From assembly GCA_016748015.1 (NCBI GenBank), contig JAAOMT010000003.1, positions 4,373 through 68,372 of the forward strand: DNA of 64,000 nucleotides, written 5' to 3'. The number at the start of each line of letters is the position of its first letter. The stretch's first letter is position 1. The stretch is from Geosiphon pyriformis uo1. Its lineage: Eukaryota > Fungi > Glomeromycota. The notes below the pieces were generated by a model, which saw only the letters and a program-made list of their open reading frames with translations, searched no databases and was not told the origin of the DNA. This document shows, one piece after another, positions 48,477 to 62,669 of this stretch. The position numbers and the translations under genes were made by a program.

Positions 48477-49728
48477 ATGGTTTATCAAAAGAATTATTTA
48501 TCTTTTATTGGATCATTAATTGTATTTACTACAATCCTTCTGAACAAAAGTTCAGCCCTTATCCCAGTCTTATTACCAAGTACCAATACTTTTTATGATA
48601 CTTATTCCGATGATACATTAGATTTTTCAGTTATTGGAGATTGGGGTACTAAATCAAAAGAACAAGCTTTAACTGCTACAACTTTACAACTATATGCTGA
48701 TAGATTTCATACCAACTTTATTGTGAATGTTGGTGGTAAGTGAAATTTAAGAATTGAATAAGAAAAAATTTTCAACTAAACATTTTAAGATTGTTAATTC
48801 ACACTTTTGCCTCTCAGACAATTTTTATCTAGATGACATGTATGCTTATGATGGGGTTAACACTGAAAATGATGAAAAATTTCAAAAGGTTTGGCTAGAT
48901 GTTTATACCGGATCTCTTTCAACAATTCCCTGGTATACCGTCGCTGGAAATCATGATTGGTTTGTAGCAAAATCTTTATTTAATATTTTCCTTTTCAAAA
49001 ATTCTCAATTAAGGTGCAAAGATTTGATCGATCCTATAATATCAATTTTCATATTCAGGTACAATAACGTAACTGCAGAGGTCGACTATAGCATAAACAA
49101 AAACTCGCGTTTTTTCCTTCCTTCGCCTTACTATGTTCGAAGAACAACTTTTGGTCCAAAAAAAACCCAAGTTGCATGGATTCACATTGACACCAATCCT
49201 TTTTATTACACCGCCGCAGCAATGAAATCGAAATCCGTTCAAATGTATAATGATATGCTGGAAATGGGATGGCTAACCGTGGCAGGACAAGAATCCTTAT
49301 TGAAATGGATCGAAGGACAACTTGCGCTTGTTCAAGATGCCAAGTGGATTTTTGTTGTCGGTCATCATCCACTAATTGGTAATTGTGGAAATAGTGGAAT
49401 AATGAACCGATTGCCTCCACTTTTTGATAATTATAAAGTTACTGCTTATTTTTCCGGTCATAGCCATACATTGGCCTATAAGGCCCCAGATAGTACTGTT
49501 GGATTCGCAGATTTTTTATCGGGCTCAGGTGCCAAATTGGATGCAACGAATTGCGAGCCAAATAATTGGGGGGCGATTAAGTCTGGGTTTTTACATGTCA
49601 GTATTGAGGATAAAGAAGATGAATTGAAATTTGAGTATGTTGACGCGTCAGATGAGACTATAAAAGGCGGAAAGGGTCTTTATAATGGAAAGTTACCTTC
49701 AAGAAACCCTAAAAAAACTAATTCTTGA
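48477..49728 (+). CDS. Secreted purple acid phosphatase (ACP5/TRAP-like metallophosphoesterase), 3 exons
   Basis: Exons 48477-48735, 48818-48959 and 49059-49728 give all five motifs: GDWG, GDNFY, GNHD, GHHP, GHSH. N-terminal signal peptide. Confidence 0.92.
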
Positions 49729-51199
49729 TCTAACTTCTTGATTTGATTATCAGTTTTAAATTAATACATTTAGTATGGTTTGATTCTTAATGTGTGTCAT
49801 ATAATATTCTACACACGAAATAACCCTGTGATACTACGAATTTATGGATAGCTTAGAATTTTTTAATGAAATTTGTGATATTTAAATTTTGCTATTGGCA
49901 ATTTCTTTATAATCATTTTAATAAAGTCTTCAAGTTACAAATTGATTTATAGGATTGTTTTCAAAAAAATTCTTTCAAAGAATTTAATTTCATTTATGAT
50001 ATATATTTAATTTAACTTCTATAGTATAATTTTAACTAACGATAGCTATGCACTGAAAAATTATTAGTAACCTCCCTTGTCGATATGGCATTTTGTTGAT
50101 AGCTAACAAGAACCGGAGTTTCCATTTTATCGTTTACACAATTTAAAATAAACTGATACACAAAACATAAGAGATTAACGTACGCAGTAAAAACGTGTTC
50201 TGAGTCTCATCGCAAATTATTTAGACACCTTTCAGTTTAACATCAAAATTCTTATTAAATGACATGAATAATTATTATCTTCAAAGTATATTTTTGGTTT
50301 CTATTAAAAAGACAAATGATAACTTTAAAAAAATTTATCCAAATCTAATTCAAACGACAAAAGCCAATTTAGATTTTTTTTCAAATAATAAAAAGGCAAA
50401 GCTAAATCTAGTCAAACAAAAATTAGGATCATTTCGTTGGTATAAAACTAAATTTTTGATTTTCTTGATTTAACGACCATTAGTTGCCCGCCCTGAAAAA
50501 TAAAATTTATCAATTTTTTTGTTCCTATCAATACAAAATTCCTTTTCTACTAAAGTACCCCGAGTACTAAAATGGATATTGGAAATACCTGGATACATAA
50601 ATGAGCAACTTGAAGCATTTCATAACTTTGATTTTGCTTGCAAATTGTTTTCGATGATTTTTTTCAAGATTTATTTAATTGGTATTATAAAAAACTTATT
50701 TTTAATTTTTGAAGGTATGAAATTTTTGAAATGAATTATCTGTTTTAAATTTTTGTAATTTCTAAAATTAAAAAAATTTAGACTCAAATTATTAAGAAAT
50801 GATATTTAAATTAAATTTTATATAAAAATTATATAGAATAATTTACTTCTTTTAAATAACAGATGGCAAGAAAAATAAACAAAATTCTTGTAAAGAAAGT
50901 GTTTCACATTGTTAAATTCATCATAAGACTATTTAATTCATCACCTCGTTTCGCTTACTTGAGAATTAAGGCAGGCTGAGCCCGGTTGATTAATTAAGAT
51001 TTTATCGGGTATAAATTATTATAATGGGTCATATTTGTATAGATCAAAGCAATTAGAGGAAATTCATTGCTCATTTCACAACTAATAAGATTGAAAATAT
51101 CGGTCTCAAATTTTTTAAATTTTTATATTTATGAACCATCATAATTTATTTTTGAAATTTTGAAGAATCGAACTATAAAATTTAAGTTAAATGAAATAT

Positions 51200-52897
51200 T
51201 TAAAAATACAGAACCCAACTAAAGCTTGTTATAAGTATAAATTTTAAACTAAATTTATTAAATAAAGTAGCTGTTTCCAATCTTATTGAATTGCAGCCGG
51301 AAGTTAAACTTGGACTAGTATTCACAGATTTACTTTCTGTTGTCGAAAAAGAACTCGAGCTGACATCCGGAAATGTAGGATCGGGAGTGGGATTAGTTAT
51401 AGTTATTGCTGTTTCAATTGTCGTGGATATTTCTGTAGTCGTTCCATTAATAGTTAGTGTTGTTAAAGTAACAATATTGCTTGTGATTGTTATTGGTGTA
51501 TTTGAATTTGGCGAGGGAAATGTATTTTGAGCATCCTGATTAGATTGTTCGCTACAAAATTTATAAAGAAGTTTAATATTTAGGCTTTTAAATTTTTCAA
51601 GTTAAATATTCTTTGCTAAAGAAAAATCATTAGAACTTACGAGGCTGACGCTGATGGTTTTTGTATTGAAATTCGTGTCCCAGGATTAATTGGTGGAGCT
51701 GAGCTTGTTGTTGTTGTAGTTCTTCCAGTTGAAGGTGATGGAGCGATGCTTGGAGCTGATGTTTGTTGTGTTAGAATTGGTGGAGCTGAGCTTTTTGTAG
51801 TAGTTCTTTCAATTGAAGGTGATGGTGCGATACTTGGAGCTGATGTTTGTTGTATTGGAATTCGTGTCCCAGGATTAATTGGTGAAGCTGAGCTTGTTGT
51901 TGTTGTAGTTCTTCCAATTGAAGGTGATGGTGCGATACTTGGAGCTGATGTTTGTTGTATTGAAATTCGTGTCCCAGGATTAATTGGTGGAGCTGAGCTT
52001 GTTGTTGTTGTAGTTCTTCCAGTTGAAGGTGATGGAGCGATGCTTGGAGCTGATGTTTGTTGTGTTAGAATTGGTGGAGCTGAGCTTTTTGTAGTAGTTC
52101 TTTCAATTGAAGGTGATGGTGCGATACTTGGAGCTGATGTTTGTTGTATTGGAATTCGTGTCCCAGGATTAATTGGTGAAGCTGAGCTTGTTGTTGTTGT
52201 AGTTCTTCCAATTGAAGGTGATGGTGCGATACTTGGAGCTGATATTTGTTGTATTGGAATTAGTGTCACAGGATTAATTTGTGGAGCTGAACTTGTCGTT
52301 GTTACGCCAATTGGAGGTGATGGAGTGATGGGAGCATTAGGCACTTTATTTATATTTCCACCATTCGGGTTACTGAAATTTGGCATAGGTACCAGAGGCT
52401 TTTATTTCGAATGAGAAATAGATTTTGCTTTTAATATTTGACCATTTATTTGAAAATATTATTAAAACTTTGCTCTTACCGTAGGTGAAAATGTATTTGT
52501 TGAAGTTGTAGTTGTAGTTGTAGTTTTAGTTGTAGTTGTAGTTGTAGTTTTAGCTGCCGAGGTTGTTTGTGATTGCTCTATCCTTTTCTCTAATGCTCGA
52601 AATTTCAGGGGCATATTCCTCGCGAAATGGAATTTCAATAAGTCGTATTTATTTCTTTCATTTAGAGAAGTAAAATTAATTTTGAACTTTTTAAAAAAAA
52701 CTCGGTACTATGTGAAATTTTCTAAAAGTTTATACATACGGATTTGATTCGGCAGCTTCGACTTTTTCTAATAAACTAATCAAATGGCAAACCATAAAAA
52801 CGCCTGCTAATATCAATATACGTGAAGATATTTTGAAATATTTCTTCTTACATAATGTATCTTTAAGGCATCGCTCTTCACAAATATATTTTTTCAT
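51200..52897 (-). CDS. Mucin-like Ser/Thr/Pro repeat surface protein, 4 exons, GPI-like tail
   Basis: Exons 52897-52740, (52654 or 52618)-52480, 52398-51641 and 51551-51200 are phase-consistent. Hydrophobic leader, LEKR, poly-Thr, TSAPSIAPSPS repeats, C-terminal SG...FILITSFSWVLYF. Confidence 0.8.
51661..52248. repeat. Coding minisatellite: 294-bp higher-order unit (35+28+35 aa) duplicated almost perfectly
   Basis: 51661-51954 matches 51955-52248. Confidence 0.9.
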
Positions 52898-55800
52898 TTT
52901 TAATAACAAATATATTAATTCTTTTTACTTGCAATTATAAAATTTTAGCGAAAATTATTTAGGTTTTTATAGTTAAATTCCAAATTTGAGACGAAGCACG
53001 AGGCTACTGTATATGCTCATTTGCTGTGGCTGCAAATTCTAAATTGAGAAGGACTATTATCCATTGACAATATGATAATTACACAGTATAATTTTGCCTT
53101 TTTGATTGCTTGAATTAAAAATTCAGGGACAAACTCTATGTCTTTTATGTTGTAGCTTTACTATTTTCATATCAGCTTTAGTTAATTTTTAGGCCATGAA
53201 TATTTGTCAGAAGTTAATTGGATGATTTTATTCATCTTTCAACCAATCGCCTCAAGAAAGTGTTTTGGCTTTTATAAAAAACCCACTTTTAAAGACCACA
53301 TCAATAAAATTGAGCTTTGGAAATTATAAAAGAGTTGCTTTTTTCAACAGATTGTAATTTTTTTGCAACTAAAAATGTGTTATTTTAATAAACTGGTTAA
53401 CATGAACTAAAATAAATTCAATTTTATTAAATTTATAAAAATAATATGCTATTGCTAATTTAATGCTAGAAATGATTCTATTGTCTATAAAATCAATATT
53501 TTGTTGTTTTTGCTTTTGCATATATATTACAAGATTATTATAATTTCAACAAATTTTTAAACTGATAATTAATTTAATAAGTTATAACTAGTGTAATACT
53601 TAAGTATTACATGTAACAACTTCAATTATATTTCTGTAATTAGTAGCAATCAATATAATACTTATTTGTTATATTTTTAATTTTGTTTTAAATTTAGCAA
53701 TAAATAAATTATAGCAAGTTTGTAAAATTTAAGATCTTAAGTTGTAGTAAAAACATATTTCGAATAATAATTTATTTTAAATTTGGATTAATTATAACTA
53801 TTTTTAAAAAAATTTAATTTTTTAAAATTATTTATGTTATTTTTGTTGGGATAATATGGTTTGATTATTGTTGGTTTTATTAACTATAAGTTTTATCTTT
53901 TTTTTAAAAATATATTGAAAATGTATTTAACTTTTTTTGCTGTATTTAAGTATTTTAAATTGCGTTTTTTATTTAAATAATAATTTTATTTATTAAATGT
54001 TGTAATAAAAGTTAAAAAATTTTGTCATAAATAGTATAATAAATTTCTGCCAAAACAAGCTTGTGTAAATAAAAAGCTATTGGATAGAATAATTTATAAT
54101 ATATAATTAGAAAAAATTGCACTTAAAACATAAATTAAAACATTTATTTTTATAGTATTTTTTTTGAATTTCAAGTATTGGAAATGACCAATTTGTTGTC
54201 TTATTTTCTTTAAATAGCATTGTTACAGCTAAAAACTTATTGCCATTTTATTTATAAGTATTTTAATTATATCTTACTCATTTTATTATTAGAATTAGTT
54301 ATTAAATTGATTATTTAACCAAATCATTGATTGAATTTTCAATTTGATCATTCTTTTTTTTAAGTATTAATAATTCAATTATCTTTTGATTTGAAAAAAG
54401 ATTATTATTCCTTTTCTTTTTTTTCTTGATTTGTATTTTTGTTAATTTACAAAAAACTTATTAAAAACACAATTATAGAAAAACAAATAATATCTGTTAT
54501 TCAATTTAAAAAAGACCAATTGAAACATAAAATTATAACAGTTTTATCATTTTTTTTAAACAATTGTAAACTGATTTAATTTGCTTTTTAATTGAAATGT
54601 TTTCGCTTATTTTATTATGATACAACAATTTTTTTTTGTTATTTATTAATATATCACTCTAATCTATAGCAGTATTTGCTTTCTAATATGTTTTCAAAAT
54701 GACACTTATTTTGATATAAATTTAAAAATTCAAAAAAATAATTTTTTATTTATTTACAATAATCTATATATATTCTTAATAATTCATATTTTTTAAAAAA
54801 ACAAAATTAACATATTGCCTGAAAAATTAAAAAAACTTTCGGCCAAATTTTTATAAATATTGTAAATTTAAGTAAATTATTTATCAAAACATTCATAAAT
54901 TTTTATACTGGTTTGAAAATATTGTTAATTTTTAGATTTAAATAAATAATAAATTTTGAATTCTGTTTAGCAGTTTAAATAAATAATGCTGTTTGAATAA
55001 AAAGAATAGTTGTTTGATTGTTAATAAAGCAGTTTATATTTACGTTTTATATATTATTAAGATTTATTGTTATTAACCAAAAAATTTCAAACTACTAATA
55101 TAAAAAATTGAATTTTTTAGTAATTTTTAATTTGAAATTGCAAAGAATAGTTTTACAGATTATTACTTTAAATACAATATTTGTTTATCAATTATTTTAA
55201 CTTAAGATTGTGTAATTTATGATTAAAAAAAATAGGATCCAAAAAACAAGTTGAAGTTTCAAAGTTTAAAATAGCAATTGAATTTAAATATGTTTTTATA
55301 TAAATATTTTAAATCAATTTTTAATCTTAATATTTACTTTTTTTGGCTTTTTTAAAAAGTTTGTTATTACGAAAAGTTGCTTATGAAATGATTTTACTTA
55401 AACTTATTAAATTTTTATGGTTGACAAAAACCATGTTAAAATTAATTATTTGATTGCTTTTTTATTTCAGAAAAAACCACACATTGATAGTTTATATATA
55501 TTAAAAAATAATATTTAAAATGTTATTTAAAGAGAACAAATTAAGCAAAAGCTACTTATTTAACAAAATATTAATACATTTAATTAAAGTTTATCAATAA
55601 AATATTTTTGATTAAAACTGTATAATTAAGCAAATTTGGTTAATAAATTTCTTGTACAGATATTTAAGTCAATTTTTTGCGTTTTAACATAATAATTTAT
55701 AAATAAAATAAATTAAATTAAGTATAATTTTTAAAAATTCAATTTTTTTTGAAATATAATTAATTTATATTTTGTTAATAAATACTTTTCTGGCTAGCTA

Positions 55801-57701
55801 ATAAAAAACTGAAATATATGTTATAAATTCACCATGTTTTTTATACAAAAATTAATTATAATTAATTATAATTTTTGATTTATATATATATATAATATTT
55901 TTATAAATGTATACTCTTAGAACTAATAATATTTATGCTCTTAAAAAGAATATATAATTAAAAATAAACAATAATAAAATAGATATTGTTTCATATATGA
56001 CTAATCATCAAGCCAATTAAATTATTTGAACTAAATTTAATTATGTTATTAAAAATTTCATTTCATTATTATTCAAATTTATATTATACAACTACTTATG
56101 GCATTTTTTAATTCCAATAGTTTTTATATTTTCCAAATTAAAACAAGCTCTAATGGGTAACAAATTTACAAATATTTTTTTTGCTATAAATCAAATCAGA
56201 ATTTTTAAGTTTAGTTTTATTAGCTATTATTAACAATCAAAGCTTCTTTCCATGTTTACTATGTTTTTTATTTTAAATTAAGCAATAAGTTTTTTATACT
56301 ATTTTCTAAACACCAAGTTTTTTAAACAAAAAAACGTAATTAAAGCCACTGTTATATAAATTTATTTCATATTATTTAATTTTATAAATACAATATTACA
56401 CAAACTCTGAAGATATAAAACTTAATACCAATTTTTTCAAGTTGTGATAAGTATTTAAATTCTTATTTTTCTATTGTATTTATATTTAAAAATATAGTTT
56501 TATTTCTATATTTATAATATTTTACATATCTAAAACTAATGAACTATCTGTATAAATATTGTAGTTTAAATTAACAAATAATTATAACAATACCAAAATC
56601 ACAGAATTAAGCTCAACTCTTGTAAAAAAAATAGTGCTGTTATAAAAAGTACCCGCACTCTTATTCAAATTACTAAAATTCACTTCAGTTTTAGACTTAA
56701 TATTACTAAAGCCAAATTTCTTAACTAAACTATTAGTATATGTTCTAATTCTATTTAGTTCTAGAACACACATTTATTTGAATAATGATTATAACAATAT
56801 TACTGTCAATATTAATGAATTTAGAACAGTATGTCTAAAGGTATTATAACTATTTATGTAATTTAGCAAATTGCGATTAACATATTAAAACTGAACTGAA
56901 TTTTTTGGATCTAACTTTTACTATTGAATAATTAATTAATATATATTAGGCTCCAATACTTAAAAAATTTTTGTCTTTTATTCAGATATTAAAATTCTAT
57001 ACATTATGTAGAGATCTATAATCTAAGAAATAAAAATATTTAGAAATCTTGCTTTAACTATTTTCAACTTAAAAATATTTTCAAGCATACAAATAAAATT
57101 AAAATTATTACAAATTTAAATTTATGCATTAAAAAAATATTTTTTTTATAAATAAATACAAATTATAAACTAAATATAGGCTTGTTTTTTTGACTTTAAT
57201 AATTTTTTCACTAATCTTATATATTTTTGCTAAAAAAAAATATATGTATAATTACTAAACTAAAAATTGCAGAATTAGTACTAATAATAAATCTTTTTGT
57301 GACTATTATCTATTTTTCCTTTTTTATTAGCATTTTTGAAAAAATATACAATTTTTTCAATAATTTGATTATTTTGGGAACTTTATAAACCATATTTTCT
57401 TTAGAAAATTGAGAACTTAAAATTTATTTGCCAAATTAACAAACATTAAATTTTAAGATTATAAATTGTTTTGATAAATCAACTGAAATTTTTTAAAAAG
57501 TCATTATATTTCAGCATTTATTGATTGAATTTTCAAGTAGTATTTGGAAACATTATTATATTATAAAATAAATTGTGATTGAAACAGTTGCTAAAAAAAA
57601 GGAATATATATTAGTCTTAATACTTTAGAACAATTTAATAATCAAAGTTTTAAATTCGTTCTTGGAAAAGTAATATAATTATTCAAACTTTGGTATTAAC
57701 A

Positions 57702-58139
57702 TATATGACCGAAAATAGGTAACCCTCGAAAATAAGAAACTTTTAGTTTTAAAAAAATTTATGAAATAATAATAAGTTTGAAAAATAAGAAACTTTTAAT
57801 TTTTTTTAATAAAACTTATAATTTATTATAATTTAAAATTTATTAATGTTAAAATTTGTTATTTATTTATACTAAAAATAATATCCTTATATCTTCTAAT
57901 CTACCATTTTTCTTATTATTTTCAATATTTAATTTTACTACATATATATTTTGATTATTACTTTTTAATTCATAAAAATGCATCTGAAATAATATATGAA
58001 AAAAATAGAAAAGTAAATATAAGATTTTTTTCCGTTGACTTTTGTACGATTATATAGGCAAAAAATTCGAAAATAAGAAACTTTTCATTTAAGAGGGCTT
58101 AATGATCACAAAAATAGGTTTCTTATTTTCGATCATATA
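57702..58139. mobile_element. MITE-like element with imperfect terminal inverted repeats
   Basis: Left end TATATGACCGAAAATAGGTAACC vs reverse complement of right end TATATGATCGAAAATAAGAAACC. Internal AAAATAAGAAACTTTT copies near 57729, 57782 and 58070. Confidence 0.6.
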
Positions 58140-59623
58140 CAATATTATAATATATTATAAGCATATTTTTAATTTTTATATTTTTAAAACAACATAATTT
58201 TTAAAATTTGTAATTATAAAAGAATTTACATAAAATACAATCAAAAGTCATTTTTATTAACTGAAACATATTATTGTTAATATTTAATCTGATTTTAATC
58301 TATAAAATGAAATATATAAATTAGATATTTAATTTGTTTTATAAAATCAAACAGATAATTTTATTTATGTTGTAAATTCTTTTAATAATAATAGAATATT
58401 AACAGATGCAGCCTCTTTTTCATTTTTTTATTAACAAATAATATAACAATTTTTGAATTTTTGAAGTTATTTTAAGGAAAATTATAATGTATTTTAACTT
58501 ATTAATAAGCATTTTAGCTTTTTTTTAATAAATATTGCTTTATTTAACTATATAACACTGATAGTTTAAAACAAATTTTTTAAGTATAAGCTTAAGTTTT
58601 AAATAAAAAAATTCGTGTTGCTTTGTATTTGGGCTAATTGGTTTTGAATTAAGTAGTTTATTTTTTGTTTTTAGAATATAGAAAATAATGCTTTTGTTAA
58701 TTCTAAGTTTCTATTGTTTTTTTAATTTAATTATAATATTAAGTCTGAGTTTATTATTATTATAAGCATTAATTCAAATAGTTTGCTTTTAAATTTTGGT
58801 AAAAATAATTCTTTTAAAAACTATTTTTTAAGAAACAAATTAATTTCTAATAATTATAATTTATAACAAAAAAATAAAATAAAATAATGTTTATTTACAA
58901 CTTAATTCATTAAAACTAATTTATTAAGTCTAATATTTTTAAGTGCATTATTTATTTAAATAAAAGTAAATATACAAAAATATTTTAAAAGTAGTATTAA
59001 TATTTATTAAAGCTTATAAATTAGCACATATAAACTAAATTTAAAAATATTTAAATAACAATTAAAATTAGATAATATTTACAAATAAAACAGTTTTTTA
59101 GTTGCAGTAAAAAGTTGGCATAAAAGTCTATAATCAACTTATTCTATGCCAAAAAACTGGGTTAAAATATTTGTATAAAGTGGTTTTATTAAATGATAAG
59201 ACAAGTTTGTATTGTTTTTTTTTAAAATAATAGATAAAAACTTTTATGCAAAAATTGTTAAAACCACATATTTAAAATAAAACAAATATTAAAGAACAGA
59301 TAATAGTTTCAATAAAACAACAATTCCAAATATACAAGCTATTTAGCCAAAAGAATACTTTGAAGTAAACATTTTTATATTAATAAAACAGCATTGTAAA
59401 AAAATATTATACTAATAATTTATTGTGTTTTTTATTAAACATTGTGTGATTATGTAATAACTTTTATTTGGTTATTATTATACAATTGTCATGTATATGT
59501 ATTTATAAAGAATATTCTAATATATTTAAAACTAAGAATTATTTGATTATGTAAAATATAAGGAGTATATACTTAGCTTTAAGTTTTAAACTTAAGACTA
59601 TACTATAGCATAAATTAATAAAC

Positions 59624-59810
59624 TGTCACATTCCGGGCTGCTCCAGAACATTTGTGGATCAGCTTGCTAATTTAGTTAGTAATTGATCTGCGATTCCCTA
59701 GAACTCCAATCAGTTCTTCAACGCGAGTTGTGGATTAATACCTTGTTCTTTGACCCTGTTCTCTAGTTACATTCCCATTGTTCTGTGTTCAGTTTTGCCT
59801 AATCATAACA
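59624..59810. mobile_element. Probable solo LTR (187 bp)
   Basis: GC-richer island starting TGTCACA and ending CATAACA (imperfect inverted ends, TG...CA), flanked by TAAAC / AAAAC (4/5 TSD-like match). Confidence 0.55.
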
Positions 59811-60502
59811 AAAACTGTAAAAAAATAATTGATGTTGTTCAAAGTAAAAGAGTTATTAATAAAAAAAATACCAATATAATTATTGATATAATATAATATA
59901 ATGTGAAAATAATGGAATTTATAATGTAAGTAAAAAATATAGTAATGATTAATTAAAAAAAGTGAATAACTAGATAAAAAATTAATTAAAGAAGATAATT
60001 AACAAAATATGATTAATTAGAAAAGGATAATGTAATTAGAAGCAATTATAATGTGACTGAAAGAAATGATGTAGAAGTGGAAGGTAATCGGTAGATTAAG
60101 CCAATCTTAATAATTATTCTTAAAAGAAATTGCATATGGTGACAATGTGTATTTAAAATATAAGAAAGTAAATAAAATTATTTCTTTGATAATGTTCAAG
60201 TTCATTGTTTTGTTAATGAATTTCAAAACTTGGTCTTCCTATGAAACTTATTTATTTAATTCCAAATCGAGTCTAATATAATATGGTTCTACATTATCAA
60301 GGAAAATGGGATTATGTGAATTTTAATGTTGGTGATAAAGACTCACTTATATTTAGTCTTGGATAATATGATTGAAAGACGAGGATAATTATTCATATGC
60401 TAAAAATTACGATATTATTAACATCTTACCTAATTAGGCTAAACTGGGAACACCACAGGCCGTCTGCTAATTTAAGTAAATGTAGGACCACAATATCATT
60501 TC

Positions 60503-61432
60503 ATGACCTCTCTTTCTAATCACAAAATGTCTCAACACTGCAGATCATATTATTATGAAGATGGGGATGTTATTCTAATAGTCGCAGAAAAAACCTTCAA
60601 GTTACATCGTGCCATCCTCGCAGATGCATCAGAAGTCTTCGATGACATGTTTAAATTAGCACAGGCATCAGATGTTAAAGATAAAATACCTCAAATCCCA
60701 CTCTCTGGCGATTCAGCAGAAGATATGGAATTGTTATTTTGGGTGCTATATGAGCCTGATACTGTAGAGATAAATTGGGATGAACTTCATATTATTTTGA
60801 ATTTGGCTGACAAATATCTTTTTGGATCGGTCTTTGCTTGGTGTGAACAATGGATTTCTGTTGAATTTCATGAAAGGCCTATCGAAGTTCTGATCTTGGC
60901 CGATAAATTCACTCTCTCACATTTATATAAAGAATCTTCAAAGCTCATCTTAGATGACTTTCCTGCTTATCGAAATCTTTCGCTCTATAAACAACTCTCG
61001 GACTCTACTCAACAAAAACTTCAAAGTCGTTATCAAAAATATTGCGATGGTATTTTACAACTTAAAAGACATTTTGGAAATAGGATGCAAATCGATAACA
61101 ACGAGCACACTTGTCAGAACCCAAATATGCATCGTGATCTGATTAAGATTTATCTTCAATTCTGTATATGGCTGATAAATGAAGGTCCTGAGCCACCTGC
61201 CCCATCGAATTTACACAGAAATATATATTCCGATATATTTCATTTAGAGAATAATTCAATGGATTCCAATTGTGATGCGGCAGATCTGAGAAGAGATGAG
61301 ACTTTTTTAGAATTTATGGGAGAATTCGAACAAATGGTGATATTTGACGATAAGTATGATGATTTTTATATTTTTATTGAAGAGATTGATCATGGAGACA
61401 AATACGAAGGGACAAGTTCTGGTTTCGTATAA
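60503..61432 (+). CDS. BTB/POZ-domain protein (309 aa, single exon)
   Basis: YYEDGDVILIVAEKTFKLHRAILADASEVFDDMF...DSAEDMELLFWVLY...ILNLADKY is a typical fungal BTB. Confidence 0.9.
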   Translation: MTSLSNHKMSQHCRSYYYEDGDVILIVAEKTFKLHRAILADASEVFDDMFKLAQASDVKDKIPQIPLSGDSAEDMELLFWVLYEPDTVEINWDELHIILNLADKYLFGSVFAWCEQWISVEFHERPIEVLILADKFTLSHLYKESSKLILDDFPAYRNLSLYKQLSDSTQQKLQSRYQKYCDGILQLKRHFGNRMQIDNNEHTCQNPNMHRDLIKIYLQFCIWLINEGPEPPAPSNLHRNIYSDIFHLENNSMDSNCDAADLRRDETFLEFMGEFEQMVIFDDKYDDFYIFIEEIDHGDKYEGTSSGFV

Positions 61433-62669
61433 AGAAAACCACATAAGATTTTTAAGCTATATCTAGCTAAAAGTTATTCGTTTAAATCTCTTTATATAAT
61501 GACACTTTCAGTGTTTCCTTGATAAAAACCTTAGTTTTACAAGAGGATAAAAATCCTAGAGGTAAACAGAAATTTCCCAATTTTTTATCACTCTAAAGTA
61601 TTGTCGTACAGTATAATTTTAGGATTAGATGAGACCAGTTATTTTTTTAGAATTTTACAAGTGGTTGTGTTGTTTAGGGAATTTTTGAAAAATCAAATTT
61701 AGAATTTTTGCACAAAAGTCTTTGAAGATTATTTATCTTGGATTCTTTTCGAGTTTTAAGCTTTTTTTCTTAATTCTTAATGAAATTCTATTTATTTGCC
61801 ACCCTTGTCCGATTACATAAAACTCATTGAATTTAATTTTTTGCTTTGGCAACATATAGTATTTTTCCTTTCGGTTTATTTACTCATTAAAATGACACAA
61901 GGTAATTTTAATATCTTGCGTTAATCCAGAAATCTATCCTTCCATTGTAAAAGAATTGCATAATAATGATCTTTTGATTTTCTTATTGTGGTAAACCCCT
62001 AAAGGTTAGAGGTATTAGCAAATTTTAGAAATTTCCAGCAACAGATAGTATAGTTAGTTCTTACGATTAAAAAGCAAAGATCAACTGTATCTATACCATT
62101 TTAATCTTTGAAAGAAAAATGGAACAGCCATATGGTACAATAACTCTAAAACGTTTTCTTGGGTCTTGAATGATAGCCAAATATTTTGGCTATTTTGGTA
62201 TTAGTTGTTCTTTTAAATTTTGAATTTAAAGAGACCATATATATTGTCCAAATTAGATTATTAAAAAAACCGATTTCGATTAATAAATTGTGAGATCTGG
62301 AAAAGAAGCTTTTGCCCCTCAATCGGAGTTGCAAATACGAAATCTAAAGGTTGAGATCCCAGAATTTTTTAATAGTTGTCTGTTTATCAAAATTTCAAAA
62401 TTTAGTGATTTATTTGTATAAAGAATATTCTCAAGTTGGAAAAATTATAAAAATCAATTCAATTCAACTAAACTTAATATAGGAACTCGCAAAAACTTGA
62501 GGGTTTGTGTGAAAAAAAAAGAAAAGAAAAGAAAAAAGAAATTAAAGGATGAGTTTAATTATATAAAATTTCTAAATGTTACGCTCTTTTGCAAATTTTG
62601 AGACGTTTTTTTTACATAGCTTTAGAAGCCCTTCTACGGCTGTAAATTTAATTAATATTAATGTGAAGC

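Noticed and set aside
51746-52414. 222-aa plus-strand ORF
   Set aside because: Antisense shadow of the repetitive S/T/P exon. The same applies to 51291-51530, 46195-46392, 37663-37965, 38179-38418 and 10600-10953.
53400-57650. Decayed DNA-transposon or Helitron coding remnants
   Set aside because: Too eroded to assign to a family by eye.
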